Source: Deltaproteobacteria bacterium
GTDB lineage: Bacteria; Myxococcota; JACRCW01
NCBI GenBank assembly: GCA_016218805.1
Contig: JACRCW010000032.1
Coordinates: 1-64,000, forward strand
Reading direction: 5' to 3'
DNA: 64,000 bases
The first letter of the stretch is position 1; each line of letters opens with the position of its first letter. Shown here piece after piece: positions 7,449 through 17,257 of the stretch. Made by a program: the position numbers and the translations under genes. The notes beneath the pieces were generated by a model, which was not told the DNA's origin, did not search any database, and saw nothing but the letters and a program-made list of their open reading frames with translations.

Positions 7449-10241
7449 ATGCCCCGTCCCCACACCGTGCGCCCTACCCCGCTCCGCCTCCCGGCGCTGC
7501 TGTGCCTGTGCCTGGCCGCGGTGGCCTGTGGCGGGCAGGGCTGCCCCGGCGGCCGTGACGGCGGCAGCGGCGTGCAGTGCCGCCTGGACCGGGACTGCGC
7601 GGACACGCAGCTGTGCAAGGACGGCACCTGTGAAGACAAGCAGGTCTGCCATGACGACACCCAGTGCCCTGCCGAGCTGCGGTGCGACGTGCTCACCGGC
7701 GCGTGCGTGTACCGCAACGGGTTTGCCACGGACTGCGGGCCGCAGAACGGCGACAAGGTGTGTGAGGTGGGCGAGTTCTGCGCGCTGGGCCGGTGCCGGG
7801 ACACGGCGACGGCCATCCAATGCTCCCGGCGCTTCAACTGCCCGGTGGGCCAGGTGTGCGACCGGCAGACGTTCTATTGCATTGAGGAAAACCCGTGCAC
7901 GCTGGCACCCACCTATCCCGAGCTGACGTGCGACCCCGGTGACCGCTGCGTGGAGAGCATTGGCCTGTGCGTGTCGGATTCGCCCCCGGAGTGCACGCCG
8001 GGCGTCACGCCGACGGGCTGTGCCACCGACGAGAAGTGCAACCCGGCGGGCCGGTGCGTGCAGTGCATCACGGACACGGACTGCGGAGCGGGGCTGCGGT
8101 GCAACAGCCGCGCGGGCCTGTGCGAGTCCGGCAACACCTGCCGCAGCGACACGGACTGCAACCCACCGCTGCTGTGCGACCGTACGACGGCCCTGTGCGC
8201 GGTGCCGCTGCCGCCCTGCACGAGCGACTTCCAGTGTCAGCTGGGCCAGTACTGCGACCGGGTGGCGGGGACCTGCCAGTACAAGGACGGCAAGTGCGAA
8301 GACGACCGCTTTGAACAGAACGACTCCGCGCTGGATGCCAAGCCGGTGAACCTGCCGGCGGGGACCGCGTCGCTGACGGAGCTGGTGCTGTGCCCCAACG
8401 ATGCGGACGTGTTCAGCGTGGACCTGCAGGCCGGTGACGAACTCAAGGCGGTGGTCACCGGCGTGCGGGCGCAGGCGCGCGCGGAGCTGTGGGTGCTGTC
8501 TCCCGACGGGTTGCACACGCTGCGCTACGCTGAGGCGCCGCCGCGGGGGAACGGGACGGTGTCGTTCGCGGCGCAGCTGGACGGCCGGTATTTTGTGCGG
8601 GTGATCTCGCTGGCGTCACAGTCCGGGTACGCCATCACGTTCACGCGGACTGCGGGCACGGCGTGCGCGCCGGACATCCTGGAGGGCACGGGCGCCGGCA
8701 ACAACCGGCCCTTTCAGGCCACCGCCATTGCCGCCGGCCAGTACGCGCTGACGCTCTGTGCGGGTGACGAGGACTGGTTTCTGATGGGCGGCGCCGGCAG
8801 CGCGCCCGGGCTGCTGGCGGGGCAGGCCATCAGCGTGCAGCTGACAGGACCGTTGGGCGAGGACTTTGACCTGCTGCTGACGGACGCCCTGGGCGCCACC
8901 GTGCTGGCGCGGTCCGAGGGCAGCGGCGCGGATGAGTTCATCCGCTACCGGGCCGCAGAGGACGAGGACCTCCTGGTGGCCGTGGTCCCGTACGGCCCGT
9001 CCACCGGGCCCTACACAATCAACATCTCCGTGCAGGCGGCGTTTGCGTGTATGGCGGACCGGTTTGAGACGTACGCGCACGCCCGCGCCGGGGGGGACGA
9101 CGGGGGCGCAGGCGCAGGCCTGGATGGCGGCGCGGGCGCTGGCCTGGATGCGGCCGTCGTCGACGCGGCGGTGGTCGACGCGGCGGTCGTGGATGCGGCG
9201 GTGGTCGACGCGGCGGTCGTGGATGCGGCGGTCGTCGACGCATCGGTCGTGGATGCGGCGGTCGGCGACGCATCGGTCGTGGATGCGGCGGTCGGCGACG
9301 CGGCGGCCGTCGACGCATCGGTCGTGGATGCGGCGGTGGTTGACGCGGCCGTCGTCGACGCGGCGGTCGTCGACGCGGCCGTCGTCGACGCGGCGGTGGT
9401 CGACGCGGCGGTCGTCGACGCAGCGGTCGTGGATGCGGCGGTCGTCGACGCGGCGGTCGTCGTCGACGCGGCGGTGGTGGACGCTGCCGTGGTGATGGAT
9501 GCGGCGGTGGCCGTGGACGCGGGTCCGGTGCCCACGGGCAACAACACCCGCGCGACGGGCATCCCGGTGGGCCTGGAGGGTCTGGACGAGGACCTCAGCG
9601 TGTGCCTGGGGGACGAGGACTGGTTCACGGTGGAGGCGTTTGCGCACCAGCGGGTGCTGGCGGAGGCGAGCTGGGCGTTTGGCGAGGCGGGTGTGGTGCT
9701 GGAGGCCTACGGCGCGGACGGAGCGCTGCTGGGACGCGCCCGGGGCGGCACACTGGCGGCGCTTTCCGTCCGCGGGAATTCCGTGGGCCGCGTGCAACTG
9801 CGGGTGCTGAGCCCGGCCGCGGAGAGCCCCTATCACCTGTGGGTGCGCGTGGAGCGGGTTGAGATGTGCGAGCCGGATTCGGCGGAGCCCAACAACACAC
9901 CGTTCCTGGCCAGCCCGCAGGCCGCGGCGGCGGAGGGCTTCTACACCGTGTGCGGCAGCGACGCGGACCTGTTCCGCCTGGAGGAGGGAGCGGGCAAGCG
10001 GGTGACCGTGGACCTGGAGTTCTCTCCGGCGGACGGGGACCTGGACCTGGCGCTGCTGCTCCCGGACGGGTTGACGGTGCTGGCGGTGAGTGACGGCATC
10101 ACCGGCCACGAAGCCCTGGACCTGGTGCTTCCAGCAGACCCGCCTGACGGCGGCAGCGGCGCCTACTTCATCAACGTGTACGCGGGGCGCAGCGGTGCGC
10201 GCGCGCCCTACCACCTGCGCACCCGCGTGCTGGCGCCCTGA
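7449..10241 (+). CDS. Paralogue of 2708-5779 (Cys-rich repeats plus about four PPC-like domains) with a VVDAA repeat insert; lipoprotein
   Basis: Lipobox AAVAC; CxxDxDC repeats; shares C..GEFC..G.C and YPEL.C with the first copy; EPNN/DEDWF modules. Confidence 0.75.
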   Translation: MPRPHTVRPTPLRLPALLCLCLAAVACGGQGCPGGRDGGSGVQCRLDRDCADTQLCKDGTCEDKQVCHDDTQCPAELRCDVLTGACVYRNGFATDCGPQNGDKVCEVGEFCALGRCRDTATAIQCSRRFNCPVGQVCDRQTFYCIEENPCTLAPTYPELTCDPGDRCVESIGLCVSDSPPECTPGVTPTGCATDEKCNPAGRCVQCITDTDCGAGLRCNSRAGLCESGNTCRSDTDCNPPLLCDRTTALCAVPLPPCTSDFQCQLGQYCDRVAGTCQYKDGKCEDDRFEQNDSALDAKPVNLPAGTASLTELVLCPNDADVFSVDLQAGDELKAVVTGVRAQARAELWVLSPDGLHTLRYAEAPPRGNGTVSFAAQLDGRYFVRVISLASQSGYAITFTRTAGTACAPDILEGTGAGNNRPFQATAIAAGQYALTLCAGDEDWFLMGGAGSAPGLLAGQAISVQLTGPLGEDFDLLLTDALGATVLARSEGSGADEFIRYRAAEDEDLLVAVVPYGPSTGPYTINISVQAAFACMADRFETYAHARAGGDDGGAGAGLDGGAGAGLDAAVVDAAVVDAAVVDAAVVDAAVVDAAVVDASVVDAAVGDASVVDAAVGDAAAVDASVVDAAVVDAAVVDAAVVDAAVVDAAVVDAAVVDAAVVDAAVVDAAVVVDAAVVDAAVVMDAAVAVDAGPVPTGNNTRATGIPVGLEGLDEDLSVCLGDEDWFTVEAFAHQRVLAEASWAFGEAGVVLEAYGADGALLGRARGGTLAALSVRGNSVGRVQLRVLSPAAESPYHLWVRVERVEMCEPDSAEPNNTPFLASPQAAAAEGFYTVCGSDADLFRLEEGAGKRVTVDLEFSPADGDLDLALLLPDGLTVLAVSDGITGHEALDLVLPADPPDGGSGAYFINVYAGRSGARAPYHLRTRVLAP
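9147..9523 (+). repeat. Coding tandem repeat, about 24 x 15 bp (GAY GCG GCG GTS GTS) encoding DAAVV
   Basis: Directly visible; units counted from the translation. Confidence 0.9.
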
Positions 10242-10272
10242 GGCGGCTGGCGGGCTGCTATCCTCCGCGGGC

Positions 10273-11413
10273 ATGTGGCCATGGCGGAGCCTGCTGGGTT
10301 GTGCGCTTGCCGTGGCGGCGGGCTGCACCGTTCGGCAACGCTGCGAACCCGGGGGCCGCACCGCGCTGGACTACACAGATACGGGGCAACTGGGTGTGCC
10401 ACCCGGAACGCGCGTCAGACATCTGCCGGGACCCGCACGAGGGATGGGAGGTCCTGCCGGACGGGTCGCGCGTGCCGCTGGCGCCGGTGGCGGTGACCGA
10501 TGTGCCCGCGGACTGCTTCTACGTCTACCCGACGGTGGACCTGTCCCCCATCCCGGCGGTGCAAGACGACTTCTCCGACCGCGGCGAGCAGGAGCGTGCC
10601 ACGCGGATGCAGGCGGCAGTTCTGTGGGCGGCGTGCCGCGTGTACGCGCCGCTGTACCGGCAGGTGACACTGGGCACGTACGTGGCGGACCCGGGCCGGG
10701 TGCAGGGGTGCTTTGACACGGCCTACCACGACGTGGAGCGCGCGTTTGACGCGTACCTGGCCAGCGTGCCGGCGGACCGGCCGCTGGTGCTGGTGGGCCA
10801 CAGCCAGGGCGGGCAGGTGGTGTCCCGGCTGTTGCGCGAACGGGTGGACCCCGACCCGGCGCTGCGGGCCCGGCTGGCGGGTGCGCTGCCCATCGGGTGG
10901 CCGGTGGGGCGGCGCCGCGGGGAGCTGCTGGGCGGGACCAGCCAGACGGTGCCGGTGTGCACCGCTGACGGTCAGGCCGGTTGCCTGGTGGGCTTCCGTA
11001 CGTACGGCGCGGGCCAGGACTTCCCGGATGAGTCCGCCCGCCTGCGCGAGGGCGACGAGGGTGTGTGCGTGCACCCCGGGGACGCGGCTGACGGCGGGCC
11101 TCGCCTCCTGCGCGGGGCCCTGCTGAACGCGCGTTTCCGCGGCGTGGTGGTGCCGCCTGACGGGGTGGAGCCCGGCAGCGACGTGGACCTGCTGTACCGC
11201 GACTACTTCAGCGCGCGCTGCGTGGAGCGGGAGGGCGGCCACGCGCTGGAGGTGCGGGCCGCGCCGGCCGCAGGGGACGTGCGTGCCAACCCGGTCAACT
11301 TCAACAACGCGTTTGTGTCCGGTTTCAGTGGGTCCCACATCCTGGACGTGCCGCTCACCGCGCTGGACCTGGTGGAGCGGGTGCGGCGGATGGTGGCCGC
11401 GCACGGCTCCTGA
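10273..11413 (+). pseudogene. DUF3089-type alpha/beta-hydrolase lipoprotein interrupted by a +1 frameshift at G4 (10383-10386); may be a sequencing error
   Basis: The signal/lipobox MWPWRSLLGCALAVAAGC...LDYTDT is in one frame. GNWVCHP...DCFYVYPTV...YAPLYRQ...LVGHSQG is in the next. Removing one G joins them as DYTDTGNWVCHP. Confidence 0.7.
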
Positions 11414-11452
11414 TTGTTGCCGGGGCCAGCAGGGTCAACCTAACCTGCAGCG

Positions 11453-12046
11453 GTGGCCGTCCCCCGTCTGGAAGCCTACATCCGCGCGCTGCCGCAGGGA
11501 CTGGACAGCTACCCGGACCACGTCGTGAAGGCGTCGGTGGTGCGCAGCTCGCTGGACGCCATGCCGCTGCTGCCCCACCTGTCGCAGCTGCCCGCGCCGC
11601 TGGTGGAACTGGTGATGCGGCCCATTCCGCATTCGCAATGGGTGCCGGAGGTGCGCTCTGAAGCGCTGCACGAGGCCATGCGCGAACTGCGGTTCACCGA
11701 CGACGAGAGCTTCCTGGCGGCCGTGGCCGCGGGCAACCGGGCGCTGCTGTCCGGGGTGCTGTACGGGTTCCTGTTCCGTCTCATTGGCGTGTCCCGCCTG
11801 CTGCGCGGCGGCGTCAGCCGGTGGGAACAGATGCACCGGGGCACGCGGTTCATCCTCCAGGGGGACCCGGAATCCCGCGGCGTGGTGCTGCGCCTGGGGT
11901 TCCCGCCGCACCTGTACACGCCGCTGTCCTGCCGTGCATACGGCGAGGCGTTCCGCGTGGCCATGGAGGTGGCCGGCGGGGCTGGCGCACGCGTGGTGGT
12001 GACGGACTACACGCCAACATTTGCGCTGTACTCCGCGCAGTGGTGA
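11453..12046 (+). CDS. DUF2378-like myxobacterial hypothetical protein
   Basis: About 200 aa with W.P....L, AGNR.LL..LY..L, W...H.G and terminal Y...W pattern typical of this family. Confidence 0.5.
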   Translation: MAVPRLEAYIRALPQGLDSYPDHVVKASVVRSSLDAMPLLPHLSQLPAPLVELVMRPIPHSQWVPEVRSEALHEAMRELRFTDDESFLAAVAAGNRALLSGVLYGFLFRLIGVSRLLRGGVSRWEQMHRGTRFILQGDPESRGVVLRLGFPPHLYTPLSCRAYGEAFRVAMEVAGGAGARVVVTDYTPTFALYSAQW

Positions 12047-12261
12047 CCGCCGCGCCGCCGTGACCACGGCGTGCGCCGGTTTCCCCCTTGGTGGCAGGCA
12101 GCCGGTGCCGGGCTTGGCGCCCCGCGCCAAGGTGCCGCCACGGCAGGCGCGCCCGGGCCACGCGCTGGGCTTGAGCCCCCTTCCGACGACGGGTACACGC
12201 GCCGCACGGTCACCCGAGCGTGGCACGACGCCACGCCCGCCTTTCCGGAGGTGCAACGCCC

Positions 12262-13233
12262 ATGCGGTTTTCTCAACCCAGAATGTGGATGGCCCTGGCG
12301 GCCGTTGCTGCCGGTGCCGTGGTCTGGACGCCGGCGTGGTCCGCCACCGGCTTGTGCCAGGACAAGGATGGCGACGGGTACGGGCTGGATTGCGCGCCGG
12401 GCGCGGACTGCAATGACCTTGACGCGGCCATGCACCCGGGTGCGCGCGAGGCCTGCAACCTCCGCGATGACGACTGCAACGCCCTTGTGGACGACCTGGC
12501 GGGGTGCACGGCGCCGGCGTTGGACCCCGCGCCGGTGCAGGTGGCGTCCGGCCCGTTTGTGATGGGCAGTGACCACGGCGCGCCTGACGAGCGGCCCGTG
12601 CACGCGGTGCAGGTCTCCGCGGTGAAGCTGGACCGCCATGAGGTGACCAACCGCCGCTACCGTGACTGCATGCGCGCGGGCGCGTGCTCCGCGCCGGCAT
12701 TGCCGACGTCACACCGGCGGCCCGCGTACTTTGAGAGCCCCGCCTTTGATGATTACCCGGTGATCTTTGTGAGCTGGAACCAGGCGGCGCAGTTCTGCCA
12801 CTTTGCGGGTGGCCGGCTGCCCACGGAGGCGGAATGGGAGAAGGCCGCGCGCGGACCCGCACCGGACACGCGCGAGTATCCGTGGGGCAAGGAGCGCCCG
12901 GACTGCCGCCGCGCCAACCTGGGGGGCGCGGGCTCCTGCGTGGGCGATACCGACCGCGTGGGCCGCCGTCCCGACGGGGCGAGCCCGTACGGCGCCATGG
13001 ACCTGGCCGGCAACGTCTGGGAATGGGTCCAGGACTGGTATGGGGCGGACTACTACTCCGTCAGCCCGGGCCGTGACCCGCAGGGCCCGGCCAAGGGCAG
13101 CCTCAAGGTGATGCGTGGCGGGTGCTGGGAGAGCGGAGCCAGCAGCCTGCGCGCGTCATGTCGTCGTGCCGAGTTGCCCAACGCGTGGGCGGACAACGTC
13201 GGCTTCCGTTGCGTTTATCCGGCGGGGAGGTGA
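12262..13233 (+). CDS. Secreted FGE-sulfatase (SUMF1-like) domain protein with an N-terminal putative metal-binding (MopE-like) motif
   Basis: GGAGG RBS; DCND...HPGA.E.CN..DDDC; FVMGS, EVTN..Y, PV..VSW, RLPTEAEWEKAARG, DLAGNVWEW, GFRC. Confidence 0.85.
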   Translation: MRFSQPRMWMALAAVAAGAVVWTPAWSATGLCQDKDGDGYGLDCAPGADCNDLDAAMHPGAREACNLRDDDCNALVDDLAGCTAPALDPAPVQVASGPFVMGSDHGAPDERPVHAVQVSAVKLDRHEVTNRRYRDCMRAGACSAPALPTSHRRPAYFESPAFDDYPVIFVSWNQAAQFCHFAGGRLPTEAEWEKAARGPAPDTREYPWGKERPDCRRANLGGAGSCVGDTDRVGRRPDGASPYGAMDLAGNVWEWVQDWYGADYYSVSPGRDPQGPAKGSLKVMRGGCWESGASSLRASCRRAELPNAWADNVGFRCVYPAGR

Positions 13234-13236
13234 ACC

Positions 13237-14295
13237 ATGCGCGCCCAACTCAGCATCGCCCTCGGACTGTCCGCTGCGCTCGCCGTTGTCGTGGTGCCGC
13301 GCCCGCTGCTTGCGTGCGGGGGTTTCTACGCCGCGGAGATTGAAGTGGCCTCCGACCAGAACATCATTGTCACGCACCGCGGCGGCGTGGAGACGTACGT
13401 GTTCCGGCCCCACTTCTGCGGCGCGGCCAAGGACTTTGGCGTCATCCTCCCCATCCCGGCCACGTTGAGTGGCACGCCCGCGCTGGCGGACAACGCGCTG
13501 TTTGACGAGCTGGACCGTTTCACGGAACCCGAGACGGTGGAGGAGTGCGAAGCGCGCGGGCTGGGGTGCGGAGCGTCCGCGGGGGACGGCGACCTGGGAA
13601 CCCGCGGTGCACAGGACCATGGCGTGAACGTGGTGGACCGCGGCCGCGTGGGCATCTTTGAGTACGTCCTGCTGCAGGCGACCACGACGAGCGCGTTCAC
13701 CGATTGGCTCACGCAGAACGGCTTCCCGTACGACGCGGGCATGAGTGCCGTCTATGAATCCTACGTGACGCGGCAATGGTATTTTGTTGCGTTCAAGGTC
13801 AGTGCGGACACCACGGCGCCGCCCGCGGGCAAGAAGCTGTGCGGGGACCTGGGTCCGCTCCAGGTGTCCTTTGCCACCCCCTCCCCGGTGATCCCGGCGC
13901 GCATTGCCGCGGTGAACAGCGCCAACGTGGCGGCGCCGGTGTGGCGGTTGTTTGTGGTGACGGCGGCGCAGCAGGCGGTGACCAACACCAGCTTCTCCTC
14001 CAGTCTCAACTTCTCCCGGCCGCTGCGGAACGCGGACCTGGGCGGCTTTCCCGCGCTGGCCGCCGTGGCGCAGGACGGCGAACGCCTCACCGTCCTGGAC
14101 GTCACCTTCCCGTGGAATGGCGCCAGCGACGACATCAACCTGCAGGTGGACCCCAATCAGCGGGACTTCCGCAGCGTCCGGCACGTCACCCGGGAGTGCG
14201 GCGGGCTGGGGTGCGCCGGGAGCAACCTGGCCACCAGCGCGTCGGGTGTCGCGCTGGTGCTGGCCGCCATCGGTCGCATGCGCCGCCGCCGCTGA
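13237..14295 (+). CDS. DUF2330-like protein with a MYXO-CTERM-like tail
   Basis: Signal peptide then ACGGF; DFG.ILP.P; LF.EL...T.P; VG.FEY..L; WL..NG[FY]; FVA.K; ends GC..S...hydrophobic..RRRR. Confidence 0.7.
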   Translation: MRAQLSIALGLSAALAVVVVPRPLLACGGFYAAEIEVASDQNIIVTHRGGVETYVFRPHFCGAAKDFGVILPIPATLSGTPALADNALFDELDRFTEPETVEECEARGLGCGASAGDGDLGTRGAQDHGVNVVDRGRVGIFEYVLLQATTTSAFTDWLTQNGFPYDAGMSAVYESYVTRQWYFVAFKVSADTTAPPAGKKLCGDLGPLQVSFATPSPVIPARIAAVNSANVAAPVWRLFVVTAAQQAVTNTSFSSSLNFSRPLRNADLGGFPALAAVAQDGERLTVLDVTFPWNGASDDINLQVDPNQRDFRSVRHVTRECGGLGCAGSNLATSASGVALVLAAIGRMRRRR

Positions 14296-14375
14296 CCGCT
14301 GGCCGCGCCGTCGGGCGTCCGCCCGCTTGAAGGAGGTGGAGGCGGGGTCTATGGCGCCACGTCGCGAGGTGGAAC

Positions 14376-17252
14376 GTGCGTGGACGGTGGTGGTGGCTGT
14401 TCGCGGTGGCGGTGGTGCTGTCCGGTACGCCGGCACGCGCCGAGGTGATTCTCCAGTGGTTTGAAACGCCGTGGCGGGAGATTGAAGCGCGCATGCCCGA
14501 GGTGGCGCTTGCGGGCTACCGCGCGCTGTGGCTCCCGCCGCCCACCAAGGGCGCGGACGGCGCGGGTGACGTCGGTTTTGCGGTGTTTGACCGGTTTGAC
14601 CTGGGCAACCGCAACCAGCGCGGCACCACGGCCACGCGCTACGGCACGCTGGCGGAGCTGCAATCCATGGTGCGCGCGGCGCACCGCTACGGCGTGCGCG
14701 TCTACTTTGACACCGTCATGAACCACAACTCCAACCCGGCACGGGTGGAGTTCCCGGGCGGTCCGGCCACGCCGCCCACGCTGTTGGAATACCCCGGCAT
14801 GACGCCGCTGGACTTCCATCTGCTGCCGGCCAACCCGGGTCCCGGCGCGGGCGAATACACCGCGCGCATCCCCACGGAGATGGGCGGTGGCACCGCGGTC
14901 ATCCGCACCACCAGCGGCGACGACGCGTACGTGGTGGCCGTGCGCATTGCGGACATCCCGGCCGCACAGCTGCCAACGGGCGGCGTCAACCACCCCGCGC
15001 TGGCCGGCTTCACCCACCTGGTGCAGGCCCCGCGGATGAACTTCCCCAATTGGCCCCACTATGAACTGTTCAACTACAGCCTGCTGGGGCTGGTGGACAT
15101 TGCCACCGAGCAGGGCGCCACCCCCGGCGTGGGCCCGGCCGCGTGGGACGGCACCAACTACACCCTCAGCGGCCCCACGCAGGCGCAGTGGCTGCGGTTG
15201 CCTCGCTACGTCCGCGCCCCTGACCGGCCGGAAACGTATCCCAACCAGGTTCCCGTTGATGAGGATTCCCGCGAATACCTGATGCGCTGGATCCGCTGGC
15301 TGTCCCTGGTGACGGACGCGGACGGGTTCCGCCTGGATGCCATCAAGCACGTGCCCACGGAGTTCTTTGCGGAGGACTGGCCGGGTGACCCTATTGCGTT
15401 TGTGAAAGGCATCCAGGATTCCTATGACACGCGCCGCGGCCTGACCGATTCCAACGACGACGACCTGGTGGACGACGCGGCGATCTTTGGCGAGTCATTC
15501 AGCGGCGAGATTGCGGGGGACCTGTCCGCGTACCGGCGCACCGGCATGCGCGTGCTCAACTTCCCACTGTTCTTCAACATCAAGGGCGTGTTTCCCGGTG
15601 GGTCGGGCGGGAGCCTGCGGTTGCTCGCGTCGCCCCTGCCGGCGGACCCGCAGGTGGGCGCCACGCGGGAGTTTGGCGGGATGGGCCGGTGGGACGCGGT
15701 GAGCTTCATCCAGTCCCATGACGAATGCCCGCCGGGCACGCCGGCGCGCACCGTCCCGCGGTGTGACAGCGGCAGCAACGCGCAGGATGACCTGGCGCAG
15801 TTGTTTGTGCTCATGCGCGTGGGCGACGGGGTGGTGTACTTTGACGGGAACAACTTCACGGAATCCACGTTTGTCCGCGCGGGCCGCCCGGATGCGCTGG
15901 GAGACCTCACCACCGTGATGCCGCAGATGGTGCGCGCCACCGAGGACACCGCGCGCGGCGCCATGTTCAACCGCTTTGTGGATGACGACGCGTACGTGTT
16001 TGAGCGCGTGGTGGACGGTCGCGGCGCCGCGGCGCTGGTGGTGATGCATGACGGCCTATCCGGGGTGGCCCGGTTTGGCGGGTTTGACCCGCGGCCGCTG
16101 GTGGTCACCGCGTTCCCGCCGGGCACCGTGCTGGAGGAACTGACCGGCAACGCGGTCACCGGCAGTGAAACGCTCACCGTCCTCCCGCCGTCCGGCGAGA
16201 CGCAGACCAACCTCACCAACGCGTACAACGCGCACAAGGCAGCCAACGAAGATGACGCGTCCCTGCCAACGGGGCATGGGTTGGTGTGGTTTGGCGTGAA
16301 TCCCGGACCCACGGGAAACTACCTGGTGTACGCACCGGTGGGCGCTGTGGCGCCCGGTGCCGCGCTGGAGGTTCGCACCGGCGGCGCGGCGGCGCCCACG
16401 CGCCAGGCGCAGACGGTGGGGCCCAAGAGCGCGTTCACCGGCCTGGCCATTCCCGCGGCCACGGTGACGGAGCACGTGGTGGCGTCGTCATTCAGTGTGC
16501 GTGTTCCGGTGGCCGCTGCCGGCGGGGCCACCGCGGGCGTTCGGCTGGATGGGGTGGTGCCGGCCGGGACCACGGGGCTCACCGGCACGGATGAAGGCCA
16601 GCTGGACGGGTACGCGCCCATGGCCGCGGCCGCCGGGTACTTTGAGGCCAACCTGGCCAACGTGCCCGCGGGCCAGCACCTGCTCACCGTGCGCGTGCTG
16701 ACCGGCGTGGCGGGTGCCGCGGGCCGCGTGCAGACGCTGCGCGCGCTGGTGAACGTGAGCGGCGCACCGCCGACGGACGGCGGGGTCACGCAGGATGCGG
16801 CCGTGGTGCAGGACTCCGGCACGCCGCACGACGCCGCCGTGGTGACGGATGCGGCGGTGACCGTGGATGCGGGACGGGACGGTGGCGTGACGCCGGATGC
16901 GGCGCACCCGGTTGACGCGGGCGGCGGCGACGCGGGCGCGCTGGACCCGGACAACGACGGAGTGCCCTCCGCGACGGACAACTGCCCCGCCATGTCCAAC
17001 GCGGACCAGGCGGACTTTGACCAGGACCACGTGGGTGACGTGTGTGACCTGTGCCCGCACGACGACGGCGCAGGCAGCGTGGACGCGGACGGCTGCCGGG
17101 TCATTGCACCCGCGCAACGCGAGCGCATCACGCGCCTGCTGGACATGGTGGTGGGGAACCTGCCCGCGGACCTGTCACTGGACGAGGACCTGGACGGCGA
17201 CCTGGATGCGGTGGACGTGGCGCGCGCGGTCAACCGCGCGCAGCAGAGGTGA
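14376..17252 (+). CDS. Secreted GH13 alpha-amylase with TSP3-like Ca-binding repeats and a C-terminal dockerin-like motif
   Basis: Signal peptide ending ARA; LWLPPPTKG, FDLG..NQRGT..TRYGT, DTVMNH (region I), DGFRLDAIKH (II), FGESF (III), FIQSHD (IV); DNCP..SNADQADFD.D.VGD.CD; DEDLDGDLDAVDV. Confidence 0.85.
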   Translation: MRGRWWWLFAVAVVLSGTPARAEVILQWFETPWREIEARMPEVALAGYRALWLPPPTKGADGAGDVGFAVFDRFDLGNRNQRGTTATRYGTLAELQSMVRAAHRYGVRVYFDTVMNHNSNPARVEFPGGPATPPTLLEYPGMTPLDFHLLPANPGPGAGEYTARIPTEMGGGTAVIRTTSGDDAYVVAVRIADIPAAQLPTGGVNHPALAGFTHLVQAPRMNFPNWPHYELFNYSLLGLVDIATEQGATPGVGPAAWDGTNYTLSGPTQAQWLRLPRYVRAPDRPETYPNQVPVDEDSREYLMRWIRWLSLVTDADGFRLDAIKHVPTEFFAEDWPGDPIAFVKGIQDSYDTRRGLTDSNDDDLVDDAAIFGESFSGEIAGDLSAYRRTGMRVLNFPLFFNIKGVFPGGSGGSLRLLASPLPADPQVGATREFGGMGRWDAVSFIQSHDECPPGTPARTVPRCDSGSNAQDDLAQLFVLMRVGDGVVYFDGNNFTESTFVRAGRPDALGDLTTVMPQMVRATEDTARGAMFNRFVDDDAYVFERVVDGRGAAALVVMHDGLSGVARFGGFDPRPLVVTAFPPGTVLEELTGNAVTGSETLTVLPPSGETQTNLTNAYNAHKAANEDDASLPTGHGLVWFGVNPGPTGNYLVYAPVGAVAPGAALEVRTGGAAAPTRQAQTVGPKSAFTGLAIPAATVTEHVVASSFSVRVPVAAAGGATAGVRLDGVVPAGTTGLTGTDEGQLDGYAPMAAAAGYFEANLANVPAGQHLLTVRVLTGVAGAAGRVQTLRALVNVSGAPPTDGGVTQDAAVVQDSGTPHDAAVVTDAAVTVDAGRDGGVTPDAAHPVDAGGGDAGALDPDNDGVPSATDNCPAMSNADQADFDQDHVGDVCDLCPHDDGAGSVDADGCRVIAPAQRERITRLLDMVVGNLPADLSLDEDLDGDLDAVDVARAVNRAQQR

Positions 17253-17257
17253 TTGCC

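Noticed and set aside
9147..9523. Regular repeat array as a possible CRISPR
   Set aside because: The units are 15 bp, in frame, have no unique spacers, and no cas genes are present.
12045..12090. GC-rich hairpin after the DUF2378-like gene as an intrinsic terminator
   Set aside because: The stem is short and imperfect with a weak U-tract, which is expected by chance at this GC content.
12262..13233. FGE/C-type-lectin-fold gene as a diversity-generating retroelement target
   Set aside because: No reverse transcriptase and no template repeat of its 3' end were seen in the window.
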